A stretch of 64,000 nt of DNA, from contig NC_043025.1 of the NCBI RefSeq assembly GCF_006345805.1, positions 682,001 through 746,000 of the forward strand, written 5' to 3'. Source of the stretch: Octopus sinensis (taxonomy: Eukaryota). A model generated the notes under the pieces. It did not search any database, was not told the origin of the DNA, and saw only the letters and a list, made by a program, of their open reading frames with translations. Within the stretch, counting starts at the first letter, position 1, and the number at the start of each line of letters is the position of its first letter. Made by a program: the position numbers and the translations under genes. Positions 11,301 to 23,869 of the stretch are shown piece by piece.

Positions 11301-12410
11301 ACACGCAAGCATGGAACAAACTGCCGGAATCAGTTGTTAGTTGTCTGAGCACTGCATCCTTCAAAACTTCCATGCTTCCTGAGATTCGCCAACACTACAC
11401 CTGATTTCCTCCCCTCCATACACACACAAGCATGGAACAAACTGCTGGCATCAGTTGTTAGTTGTCGGAGCACTGCATCCTTCAAAACTTCCATGCTTCC
11501 TGAGATTCGCTAATACTACACCTGATTTCCTCCCCTCCATACACACACAAGCATGGAACAAGCTGCCGGCATCAGTTGTTAGTTGTCGGAGCACTGCATC
11601 CTTCAAAACTTCCATGCTTCCTGAGATTCGCCAACACTACACCTGATTTCCTCCCCTCCATACACACGCAAGCATGGAACAAACTGCCGGCATCAGTTGT
11701 TAATTGTCTGAGCACTGCATCCTTCAAAACTTCCATGCTTTCTGAGATTCGCCAACACTACACCTGATTTCCTCCCCTCCATACACACGCAAGCATGGAA
11801 CAAACTGCCGGCATCAGTTGTTAATTGTCTGAGCACTGCATCCTTCAAAACTTCCATGCTTCCTGAGATTCGCCAACCCTACACCTGATTTCCTCCCCTC
11901 CATACACACGCAAGCATGGAACAAACTGCCGGCATCAGTTGTTAATTGTCTGAGCACTGCATCCTTCAAAACTTCCATGCTTTCTGAGATTCGCCAACAC
12001 TACACCTGATTTTCTGCCCTCCATACACACACAAGCATGGAACAACCTGCCGACATCAGTTGTTAATTGTCTGAGCACTGCATCCTTCAAAACTTTCATG
12101 CTTCCTGAGATTCGCCAACACTACACCTGATTTTCTCCCCTCCATACACACTCAAGCATGGAACAACCTGCCGGCATCAGTTGTTAGTTGTCGGAGCACT
12201 TCATCCTTCAAAACTTCCATGCTTCCTGAGATTCGCCAACACTACACCTGATTTCCTCCCCCCATACACACACAAGCTTGTATCTGACTCATACATTGTT
12301 CGCTTTCCAGACATTTGTACATTACTGCATACAACTTATACGCACTTTCTGACAAGTTGTGGTGCACCTGAGCACTGTATACAATAATTTCATTATTATT
12401 ATTATTTTAT
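8350..12410 (+). mobile_element. 5'-truncated CR1/L2-type LINE 3' end with an internally amplified 121-bp segment
   Basis: First unit reads FFTLRVAEAWNNLPASVVNCLSTASFK (CR1-type ORF2 C-terminus); after the array a unique 3' UTR (12278-12385) ends in an (ATT)n tail. Confidence 0.8.
8407..12273 (+). repeat. Tandem array of about 32 x 121-bp units
   Basis: 3867 bp between the first aagcatgg (8407) and the terminal aagcttg (12274), i.e. 31.96 units; unit aagcatggaacaaactgccggcatcagttgttagttgtcggagcactgcatccttcaaaacttccatgcttcctgagattcgccaacactacacctgattttctcccctccatacacacgc. Confidence 0.97.
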
Positions 12411-13939
12411 AATTGTAATCGACACACTCTGAACGGCATTTATCGAAAATTCCATTAAAAATTTACTAATTTTCTGAAATTTGTGAAAAAAGCCAGACGC
12501 CTTGTGTGAATTTTCCAAAACTCCTCACATCGAAGTAGGAAAAATGTTTTCATCAAATATTTCGATATAATCGCAATTTACAGCATCAGAAGCTCAGTTT
12601 TAGAAAATATAATTTAAAATCTCCATTTTCTGGAAGCTCTGAGGCAGGAAATTCGGGTGTCAAACATCTGAAGCAATACCGAAAGGCATTTAATATCTTC
12701 ACACTGAACTCCTTCATAACCGTCGAGATGCGTCAATTTCCGTCGATTTCCGTTCTCGTAGCTGTTTCCCGGCAACACAGCTCCGTCACACATCCATGAG
12801 ACCGGCCTGCGATGAGTAAAAACAGTGTGTCGAGATGTTTCGGTGGTAGAGGCGTCGTCACTATGAGCTGAATTGTTCTCCGTTAGATGGCATTCACTTG
12901 TTTCCTGTTCTATTCTCATCACTTCCGGTCTGATCCCTTTCCTTCTCGAAGTTTACTTTCACATTTTTGCAGCTTAAAATAGGATGACAACCAGTGCACG
13001 GCTGCACTAAACTGCACTTTCATTGCATATTCTTGCTCCCTTCTCTTTGTAGTGGACAGTCAATGGCTAATCTTTGCAGTTATCTGACCAAATGCCAATT
13101 ATAAAATAGAAACTATTAGATTGAGGGAAATGTCTGTGCGTCGTGTTAAAATAATGATTGTTTTATGCAAGAATTTATTCAAAAGCAACAAATATTCTTC
13201 AAAATAAAGACCAAACGCACGAACTTTTTCCTCAACTTAATAAATAAATTTTGAAGCAATTAAAGAAATCAGATGTTTCATTTAGTATGCGATGTTTGGC
13301 TGCTATTTCTAGCAGCTGCCTCCACAATAGGTGCAGGGTGCAGTGTGAAGATTACGAGGAGGAAATTAAGGGCTAAGGATTGCAATATTAAACCCTTCAA
13401 TCTATTATTTACATTAAATCATTTTTGGAAATCTTCAAATTCTGCGCAAGAAAAAAATAGAATTTAAAGCGAAAAGGGATTCAATAAGAGTTATTGTTCT
13501 TACCCTTTCAACGTTGACTCATCCCACCACTTAGCATAACGTAGACTGACTCCGCCCATTTTGCTTTCTTTATTAACTCATACCCTTCCCCTATTACTAA
13601 ATATATATCGTCCAATAAGCGCGCTCTCCCTCTTTGTCTCTTTCTCTTCGCCTCCCCCTCCCACCTCCTCATATATTACCCAATGCTTCCCCCTCCCTTG
13701 CTTTTACTCTTAATTCCCTCTGTCTGTACCTCACTGAACCCTTAATGCATTTTCATACTCTTTCTCCCTCCCCTACAAAACATATCCTCCCACTTCTCCC
13801 TCTTTGTCTCCTTTCTCTCAGAACCTCATTATATATTCATTTTAATCACCGCCCACCTCCCTTGGAAAAGCGTTCACCTCTTCCTCTCCCTCACTAACTG
13901 TCTCTCTCTCTCTCTCTCACGCATTCTGTCTCTCTCTCT

Positions 13940-15125
13940 CTCCCACTCTCTGCTTCCTCATACATTAATATATCCCTCCCCTTCCCTAGGCTTTCTCTCT
14001 CTCACTCTTTCTTCCTTTCTATCTCTCTCTCTCTCTCACTCATTCTGTCTCTCTCTCTCTCTCCCACTCTCATTCTTTCTCTGCTTCCTCATACATTAAT
14101 ATATCCCTCCCCTTCCCTAGGCTTTCTCTCTCTCACTCTTTCTTCCTTTCTTTCTCTCTCTCCTCTCTCCCACTCTCATTCTTTCTCTCCTTCCTCATAC
14201 ATTAATATATCCCTCCCCTTCCCTAGGCTTTCTCTCTCTCACTCTTTCTTCCTTTCTATCATCTCTCTCTCTCCCACACTCTCTTTATTCTTGTCCTCAT
14301 ACATTAACATATCCCTCCCCTTCCCTAGGCTTTCTCTCTCTCACTCTTTCTTCCTTTCTTTCTCTCTCTCTCTCTCTCTCTCACGCATTCTGTCTCTCTC
14401 TCTGTCCCCCTTTCATTCTTTCTCTGCTTCCTCATACATTAATATATCCCTCCCCTTCCCTAGGGTTTCTCTCTCTCACACTCTTTCTTCCTTTCTTTCT
14501 CTCTCTCTCTCTCTCCCACTCTCATTCTTTCTCTGCTTCCTCATACATTAATATATCACTCCCCTTCCCTAGGCTTTCTCTCTCTCACTCTTTCTTCCTT
14601 TCTTCTCTCTCTCTCTCTCTCTCTCTCTCCCACTCTCATTCTTTCTCTCCTTCCTCATACATTAATATATCCCTCCCCTTCCCTAGGCTTTCTCTCTCTC
14701 ACTCTTTCTTCCTTTCTATCTCTCTCTCTCTCCCACTCTCTTTCTTTCTCTGCTTCCTCATACATTAATATATCCCTCCCTTCCCTAGTTTCTCTCTCTC
14801 TCTCTTTTTCCTTTCTTTCTCTCTCTCTTCTCTCCTCACTCTCTTTCTCTTCATCATACATTAATATATCCCTCCCCTTCCCTAGGCTTTTCTCTTCACT
14901 CTTTCTCCTTCCATCTCTATCTCTCTCTCTCACTACTTCATTTTCTCTGCTTCTATATATTAATATATCCCTCCCCTTCCCTAGGGTTTCTCTCTCTCTC
15001 ACTCTTTCTTCCTTTCTTTCCTCTCTCTCTCTCCCACTCTCATTCTTTCTCTGCTTCCTCATACATTAATATATCCCTCCCCTTCCCTAGGCTTTCTCTC
15101 TCTCACTCTTTCTTCTTTTCTTTCT
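13940..15125. repeat. Pyrimidine-rich minisatellite, about 11 copies of ~100-130 bp
   Basis: Recurring cctcatacattaatatatccctccccttccctagg followed by variable (CT)n. Confidence 0.9.
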
Positions 15126-15403
15126 CTCTCTATCTCCCCCACCTCCTTATATCTTACCCTCTCCCTCTTCCTCTCCTTTTATCCCTAAGAAACCTTACTT
15201 TCTTACAAATAAATTATATTTTCAGATTTACCTTAAAATTTCTCTCTCGCTAATTATTTTACCAGAAGCTAATTATTTAACTAACCATTAATTACATAAT
15301 TACTGTGTAGTTCTTAATTGAGCAAATTAAATAGCCGAGACACTGACGGACAATTTAAGAAGCATTTATTCTATGAATCCTCCTACACCTGGTTTGACAT
15401 CAT

Positions 15404-15931
15404 GCTAGAAATAACAGCCCACTACACTCAGAGTTGCTTTGTTTTCATACGAAATTGAAAGACAATTTAAGAAGCTTTTATAAAACTTTTTCCCGGATCT
15501 GGTCAGACTTCTTCGTCGAAAGAGAAACCAAGTGAAGAAGCGTCTATAAAACGTATTGGTGGTCAGGTATCTTGCTAGATATAACAGCCCACTACACTCA
15601 AAGTTGCTTTGTTTTTCATACGAAATTGAAAGACAATTTAAGAAGCTTTTATAAAACTTTTTCCCGGATCTGGTCAGACTTCTTCGTCGAAAGAGAAACC
15701 AAGTGAAGAAGCGTCTATAAAACGTATTGGTGGTCAGGTATCTTGCTAGATATAACAGCCCACTACACTCAAATTTGCTTTGTTTTTCATACGAAATTGA
15801 AAGACAATTTAAGAAGCTTTTATAAAACTTTTTCCCGGATCTGGTCAGACTTCTTCCTCGAAAGAGAAACCAAGTGAAGAAGCGTCTATAAAACGTATTG
15901 GTGGTCTGTTATCTTGCTAGAAATAACAGCC
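15404..15931. repeat. Three tandem copies of a 170-171-bp unit
   Basis: ataacagccc recurs at 15411, 15581, 15752 and 15923. Confidence 0.92.
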
Positions 15932-16089
15932 CACCACACTATACTTTAGATTGTTATCATGAAGGACACTTTCAGAAGCTTTTGGAGAAATATAGTCCAG
16001 TTGGGGTTCAAATGTGATGCTAGAAATAACAGCCAAGTATGTTAAAGTTTGGTTTTGTGTTTCATATGAAAATGAAGGACACTTCGAAA

Positions 16090-18060
16090 CTCTTCTCTCT
16101 CCTTCCTCATTCTGTATTAATACCTCTTCCTTCCCCTCTTCCTTTCTCTAATACATGATAGACTCCCTCTCTTATCACACACATCATTCCCTCTCCTTCT
16201 CTACTCCTCTCCCTCCCCCTCTGTCACTTACTTATGTTATTGTTTAACCCCGCCTCCCTCATCCCTCGTTTTCTCTCAACTCCTACTCTCCCTCCCTCAC
16301 AAAGCATATATCTCATACATCATCTGTTTCCTTCCCCTTCCCTCACTTTTTGTCTCTCTCCCTCCCTCTTTACCACCTCATATCTCATACTCTCCCTCTA
16401 CCTCTTTTGCGCTCCGCCCCACGTCACACTCTCCCTCTCTTTCTAAACCTATGTATCCTTCTCTCTCTCCCTCCACCTCCTTATATAATATTCTCTCATT
16501 CTCTTACCTCATTCTTTCCCTCCCTTTCTCCTCCCTTTCCCTCTCCCTCTCTTTCTCTGTCTTTCTCACTCTTTGCTCTCTCGATTTCTCTATTTCAGTC
16601 TCTCTCTTTCTCCCTCTCGCTTCTTATGTCTCTCTCTGTCTCCGTGTCTCTGTTTGTCTGTCTCTCTCTTTCTCCCTCTCTCTCCCTCTCCCTCTCTCTA
16701 TTTCCTTATTATATATTAATACTCCGCCTTTTTACTCTTTGTCTCTCATTTCATACTCCTCCTCTCTTCTCAATATTTATGTCTATAATCCCTCCTCCTT
16801 CCATCCCTCTCTCTCTCCCTCTCCCTCTTTATTTTCATCTTTTTTACAGAATTACGTCGCCTTCTCTCTCTCTCTCTCATTCTTTCTATCTTCCTTCATT
16901 TCTTTCTTTCTTTCTTTCTTTCTTTCATTCTGTTTTCTTTCATTCTTTCTGTCTTTCTTTCTTTCCTCCTTTCCTTCTTTCTTTCCTCCTTTCTTTTTTC
17001 TTTCTTTCTTTCTTTCTGCCTTCCTTCACTTCTCTCATTCGTTCTTTCTTTCTTTCACTCTTATTTTCTTTCTTTCTTTCCTCCTTTCTTTCTTTCTTTC
17101 TTTCTCTCTTCCTTCATTTCTCTCATTCTTTCTTTCTTTCTTTCTCTCTCTCTTTTATTTTCGTTATTTCTTTTTTTCTTTCTATTTTTCTTTTCCTTCT
17201 TCTTACCCTTCATTCTTTTTTCTTTCTTCGCTCTTATCTTTCCTTCTTTCCTTTTTCTTCCTTTCTTTTTTGTCGTTGCTTCTTTTCCTTTCCTTTTCTC
17301 CTTTTTCTGTCTCTCCCTCTCACCCTGCTCTTATCCTTCTCACTTTCTTTCCTTCTTTTTTCCTTCTTTCTTTTTCCTTTTTTCCCATTCATTCTTTCTA
17401 TTTTTCTCTCCTTTCCTTCTATCTTTACTTCTTTGTTCTTTCCATCTTTCCTTCTTTCTATTTTTCTTCATTCTTCTATCTTTCCTTCGTTTTCCTTCTA
17501 TCCTTCTTTCTTTTCTTCTCCCTTTCTTTCTTTATTTCTTTCTTACTTTTTTATTTCTTTCTTTTTCCTTTTTTTGTTTCTTTTTCCTTTCTTTCATTCT
17601 TTCTTACGTTCTTTCTTTTTTACTTACTTTCTTTCTCCCTTTCTTTCTTTCCATTTTACATTCTTTTTTCTTTCTTTCTTTCTGTCTCTCTTTCTTTTTT
17701 TCTTTTTTTTTTCTTTTTTATTTCTTCCTGCCTTTTTCTTTCCTTCTTTCTTTCTTTCTTCCTTCTTTTTTCTTTCTTTCTTTCTTCTTTCTTTTTTCTT
17801 TCTTTCTTTCTTCTTTCTTTTTTCTTTCTTTCCTTCTTTCCTTCCTCCTTCCTTCCTTCCTTCCTTTCTTTCTTTCTTCCGCTCTCATTTCATGCATTAT
17901 TACAGAATCACGTTACTTTATTCCTTCCTTGCTCTTTTCTTTCATTCCTTCTTTTTTCTCTTTTCTTTCTTCCTTTCCCTCTTTCTCTCACTCTCTTTCA
18001 TTCTTTCCTTCCTTTTACTCTCTCTCTCTCACTCTCTTTCTTTTCCTTAATCTCATTGTT
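16090..18060. repeat. ~2-kb polypyrimidine (CT/CTT/CTTT) low-complexity tract
   Basis: Direct composition. Confidence 0.95.
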
Positions 18061-18589
18061 TCCCTCCCAAAACCATTTCGACCTTTATAAAAGAATCTCA
18101 CCTCTCTATTGTCTCGCATCATTCGTGAAACAGCAACCAAACACCTTGAAATTCCTAAAGTTTTTATTTTATAAAAGCAGGACACTTGACGAAGCGTCTA
18201 TCAAACATATTGTCCTACAGGTGGTCGGGTAAGATGGTAGAAATAACAGTTCAGTACACTGTATTCTGCATTGTTTTGCATGAAAGATTGAAAGAGATTT
18301 TAAGAAGCATCCGGAGGAATAATATACAATTGGTGGGCCTAGGTGATGCTAGAAATAACAGCCAAGTATATCAAAGTTTTGTGTTGTCACTCATATAAAC
18401 ATTAAGGGTACTTAGAAAATCCTCTCTCCCCCACCTCAGCATGTATTAATATATCAACCCAAATCTAAGCCGAATACCCCTAACCTCTAAGCCACTTGCC
18501 TTCACTCCAGCGACCATGCAAACTGTGTGATTCTATGGGTTTGGCATTTGGCGAAGGAAGGAGTTTTATACCGCTGTCCTCTTGAGTTT

Positions 18590-18796
18590 ATCGCCTTGAT
18601 ATTGATTTATCTGTGGTCTTGGCTAGCAAGAAGTCCAGTTGTTTCTTGAAAATATCTACTCCGATTCCATAGAGATCCCTCCGATATTTTGGTGAGGAGT
18701 TAAATAGCAGTGCTCCCTTGAATCCCAAGATGAGACAGCTGGAACTTTTTGGAACAGTGCAGTGCGGTCCATTTCGAGGTCTAGTATTATTCTCAA

Positions 18797-18797
<1 letters not shown>
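18590..18797 (-). mobile_element. CR1/L2-type LINE 3' fragment
   Basis: Minus frame reads GFKGALLFNSSPKYRRDLYGIGVDIFKKQLDFLL; abuts (TATG)n at 18798-18870. Confidence 0.7.
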
Positions 18798-18827
<30 letters not shown>

Positions 18828-19779
18828 TGTATGTATGTATGTATGTATGTTTGTATGTATGTATGTATGAATGTATATATGAATGTATGCATGCACGCAC
18901 GCACGCACGCACGCACGCGGATATGTGTGTGTGCATGTGTATTGCGCGCGTGTGTATGTATTTATGTGTGTGTTAGTGTGAGGTTTAAGTTTAGGGCCAT
19001 AGTGTTAGTGGTCTCTGTCTTCTTTCTCTTCCCTACACAATTACTTCGACCTATGTCCACCTTGTTCGTCTTATTATGTCTGCTACTTTTCGTTCACCTT
19101 GTCTCTTCCATGTCAATACTTTAATCTCTTCCTTAGCAAGTTTCGTTCCTTCTTGATGTAGAAGATATCTAGTTATACTTCACGTCCCCTTGTCACAAAT
19201 AATTGATTAATCACACCCCATTCCATACTAGAATCGTTGAAATGTAACCAGGTATTGTAACATGTAGTTTTACTCATATTTTTTAACCTCTGGACATGCT
19301 GATCTCCTGCTACACGTATTCATGAAGATGTTATGTTTAAATCACGAAAAGGAAGAGGTGTTACATAATAATTCTCATTGTAGTGTAAGGATATATTTCA
19401 AATACCGCTTGTTATTTATTTGTGGTTAAACAGTTTTCTTCGATCTTGATTCGGGGGATTAAGAACTACAGAAATAGTAGTTAAAAAAATTGTAAACGAT
19501 GGCCATAATTATAAACATCTTTATACCCAATTAAATGGATTAAGAACTTGCTTGTCTCTCATGGATACATTGAATCGTTTCCTTTCTAGACAACACAACG
19601 TAATAGTACATACATTGTATTGATGAAACAAAGGTATAAAGTCGACCCATGCGGAATCTGAAGTTGGTACATACACTTTGACAAAGTAGTGCTAAGAATT
19701 ATTTGCCAGGCGTTCGAACAATTCTGCCAACTCATATATATTTAAATAAACACACCTAGACACACACACACATATATAT

Positions 19780-19827
<48 letters not shown>

Positions 19828-20149
19828 GTCAAGTTTTGTTCCTTTCGAGAAGTAGAATATATCTTATTATATTTCACGTCCCCTGGTAATAAATATCGAA
19901 TCATGCCCCATTCTCTACTACAGTAGGAGAAATGTAACCAAGGAAGGCATCGTATTTCTACTGTTAACTACTGGACTCAGAAGGCCACACATCTGCAATA
20001 TTCAACAGCCTATGGTTTCTGGTCGACTTCCCTAACGAATCCTCAACCCAACTAATAATTTTTGACCATCATGAGCATAATGAACCTTGCGAGTCCTGGA
20101 TACAATACTCTTCCTACACCCATCCCTTCATCACTACCTTCATTCAAAC

Positions 20150-20470
20150 CGACGCAGGCATCGGGTTTCGCCACTTCCCTTTCACGACCGACCCAAGTTA
20201 TCCGTTACATTGCTATGGGCAGACACTGGATGCCAGTTGTGCCTCTCTGGGAAAAGTCTCCTATTGAAACAGGGCCTGGATTAGCGTGAACTTAAAGTAG
20301 TCAACATAACATTGAGTGCCGCTCAGAGCAGCTCCATTGATATCATCGGTGCCCTGATCCTACGAATATCTGGGACTGTTCCATCATCTGCGAAGTTCAC
20401 GAGCCGCCAATTTCTGTACATCACTCCTTCAACTGACAAACATTTTTTTGTCTCCAAGTGTGTACCACCC
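20150..20470 (+). pseudogene. Ty3/gypsy-like aspartic protease remnant
   Basis: WADTGCQLCLSG...LD*...SAAQSSSIDIIGALILRISG...QFLYITPSTDK (DTG active-site motif at 20222). Confidence 0.7.
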
Positions 20471-21889
20471 TCGTTATTCATCCGCATTCTTCAGAATTGT
20501 AGAAAAGTGTGGAAATATAGGCACCACGATGGAAACATATCGAAACGATGTTATCTGCTTCATATTGGAGAAATGGAAAACAACCTATACTATTACGTTG
20601 TGTTGTTTAGAAGAAAAAAAGATTCAATGTATCTGTGAGAGACGGGCAAGTTCTTAACCCATGTAATTGGGTATAAAGATGTTTATAATTATGGCCATCG
20701 TTTTCAAATGGGGATTATATTTTCACACTTGTCATGGCAAGAGTTATTTTTCTTGTTTGCAAGGGAGGTAACTTGAAAAATAGTCTTGGTATTTTCACAA
20801 ATCTTAGATGTTAGTGTTACTTCCCTTACAAAGGAATTTATATTTTTGAATTTTTAACTGATATTTTAACTGAAATATAAATGTGGCAGGAATAATGTAT
20901 GGACCCAAGGGTATGGGAGTGAAGTCGAATCAGACGGTATTAGAACTCGGAACATAAAGTATGACAAAATATAAAATTATCTCATGTATTTTTCTTTAAT
21001 ACACGCACACGTGTTTGTGGATATATCTGTACTGTTTTCATTAAGGTGTGTGTATGCGTGTACGTGTGTGTGTTGGGCGTTTGTACGTGTGCGCATTGTG
21101 TGTGCATCTATATGTATGTATGTATGCATGCATGCGTCTTAGCGTGAGGTTTAGTGTTAGGGCTACAGGGTTCGTCGTCTTCTTTCTTGTACACGATTAC
21201 TTCGACATAGGGTCACCTTGCTCGTCTTATATCGGCTATCCGTCGTTCACCGTGTCGCCTCCATCTCAGCACTTTCCTATTAAGCCTTGTTCCTATCGTG
21301 AAGTAGAAGATATCTTGTTATATATCACGTCCCCTGGCAATAAGCATTCAACCATGCCCCATTCCCTATTACAATAGGAGGAATGTGAGCAAGGAAGGCA
21401 ACATGTAGCTCTTCTACTGTTAACCAAGGATATAGTAATTTCCTGTTACATATATTTCGTGAAGATATTATGTTTACATCATGAAAAGTACTAGTGGCTA
21501 CATAATAATATCCGTTGCTGCATAAGGAGAAGATATTTCTGATATCTCCTGCTATGTATGTGTGGTTAAAATTTTTTTTGGATCTTGTTTGTGAGATTCA
21601 GAAGGAAAAATGGCGGTTAAGGAAGTAGGAAACAGAACTGTGTATACTGTCTGTCAGTGCACTCAATACCGTAATGTTCGTGAATTCGACAATTCTCCTT
21701 CAACTTTCAGTTACAATTTTATTCGTTGATCATTTTTTGCCTCTAACCCTTGCCTTGCTTTGTAGACATCAGTACTCATCGGAATGCCTAGCAACAGGCA
21801 ACTCCAATGAAAGTCTTATCCGAGAAGGTCCGCTGCCAACGTCATCTCCGAAGCTGGATCTAGCAAAAGTGGGCTAACTTTGAGCTGAG

Positions 21890-22190
21890 ATGTTCAGACT
21901 ACACACAAGCTAGTGGACTTATGTGTAACGAAGTAGTCTTTCAGCTTAACGAATACTGCAACGAGACCCTCAGAAAAGATTTTACATAGGCGTTCGATGC
22001 GTTGGCCTCCAGCGATGAGCGAGCTGTCCTCACTCACATTAAGTCCATGGTTCTCCGCCAAGAAAATGTGATTGTCATTTCTGTGCAGATACAGCAAATG
22101 TACCTGGATGGGGACGAACCCGTTAGGATATTTGCAGCGTGTCGTAGATGACAGTGAGGTGTTTGCAAATTCAAATTGGAATGCCTTTGG
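21890..22190 (+). pseudogene. Ty3/gypsy-like gag remnant
   Basis: One frame with stops reads QLNEYCNETLRKD...VLTHIKSMVLRQENVIV...MYLDGDEPVRIFAACRR*Q*GVCKF, resembling the invertebrate gypsy gag MxQDxDEPVRxFAARLRGQAxxCKF motif. Confidence 0.65.
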
Positions 22191-23444
22191 AACGTCATAT
22201 TTCGCGATGTTCTTGTATGTGGGTTGGAGGACTAGGAGGTAGGCCTTGACACAATGGGTGACTCCAAGTAATACATGACTCTGAAAGAAGACACTTCCCC
22301 AATATGACACGCAGTGAGACTGAACCCGAATCCATGTGGTTGGTAAGCAAGCTATTTACCACACAGCCACTCCTGCACTTATACACATATATACGACGGG
22401 CTTCTTTCAGTTTTCGACTCCCAAATCCAAAGCAAGCTACTTATCACAAACCTGCTCCTACGCCTATCAATATATATATACTGCGTGGGATTTAAGTAGT
22501 TAATAAATAATATGAATTGGTATTATCTGTAAGTTGATGATTGAATGGAAACTGTTCCTCCATATATATATATATATTATATATATTATATATATATATA
22601 ATATATATATATATATACTAATACATACTAATACAATTGTTCGTTTGTTTTCCACCTGCCTTCGTCTTTTGTTTATTTTCATAAAGCTTCCCGTTATATA
22701 TATATATATACATACATACATAATACATACATACATACATACATACATACATACATACATACATACATACATACATACACACACACACATACACACACAT
22801 AATATATATGTATATATATATAAATTTTTTTTTTCTGTGAGTAATTTGAATTTCCCTCAAAATAAGTTAAGGAACTTACATATCTACAGCTTTGGACACA
22901 CAAACGAACACCTAACAAAAAAATTAGAAATATAAATATCCCCAATTCTGTGTGAACATCTTGTCGTCCCCTCTTCCTATTAGAATATGAAAAAATGCCT
23001 TTTATTGTAACAACACAACTAAATGCACGATAAAAGAAAAATTATGGAAGTAAGCACCTGCTAATATATACATGTATATACTTAAAAACTTAAATATATT
23101 ACCCAAACATGTAAACACAACTTTTACAACTTTTATTGCAACAACACAATTGAATTCAGGAATTTTAAAAAATATGTGTGTGTATGTGTGTATGTATACA
23201 TATGCATATGTATGTGTGTGTATGTGTGTATGTATACATATGCATATGTATGTGTGTGTATATATATGTTATTATTATTTTCCTACCATTAATTGCAAAT
23301 ACAAGTTGAATTGCTTTTCGAGCCAGCGCTCCCAGTATCAACTGGTTTTGGCCTCTCTTGACCCAAAGGGTCCTTTGTACTCTATGTACTCTATGGCCGA
23401 CCTCGCCACCATCTGCTGAATCTATTTATAGATACCTCTGCTAA

Positions 23445-23529
23445 CCAACTACTCTACTAACTACTACTACTACTACTACTACTACTTACTACTACTACTG
23501 CTACTACTACTACTACTGTACTACTACTG

Positions 23530-23589
<60 letters not shown>

Positions 23590-23800
23590 ACTGCTACTAC
23601 TACTACTACTTACTATACTACTACTGCTGCTACTGCTGCTGCTACTGCTACTACTACTGCTGCACTACTGCTGCTGTTACTGCTGCTACTATGCTACCAC
23701 TGTTGCTGCTGCTTCTGCTGCTACTATGCTGCTGTTACTATGCTGCCACTCTGCTACTGCTGATAGTGATATTGCTGCTGCTGATGATGATGATGATGAA
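23445..23800. repeat. Compound trinucleotide microsatellite (CTA)n grading to (CTG)n then (GAT)n
   Basis: Direct reading. Confidence 0.95.
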
Positions 23801-23869
23801 TATTAGTGGCTGAAAATAAATATATAAAACAAACGTAGGAAAAGAATGAAAAAATTTAACATTACTTGA

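Noticed and set aside
8407-12273. 121-bp array as a CRISPR array or as a family of 63-aa genes
   Set aside because: There are no unique spacers and no cas genes, and the context is eukaryotic; 121 is not a multiple of 3 and the peptide is a LINE ORF2 C-terminus read across unit junctions
15411-15923. 171-bp unit as alpha-satellite or centromeric DNA
   Set aside because: Only three copies, no CENP-B box seen and no sequence resemblance; the length match alone is uninformative
16350-18232. 566-aa and 593-aa F/L/S-rich ORFs
   Set aside because: Pyrimidine-only sequence cannot form stop codons; these are low-complexity artefacts
21894-22310. 138-aa minus-strand ORF
   Set aside because: It is the antisense shadow of the plus-strand gypsy gag relic
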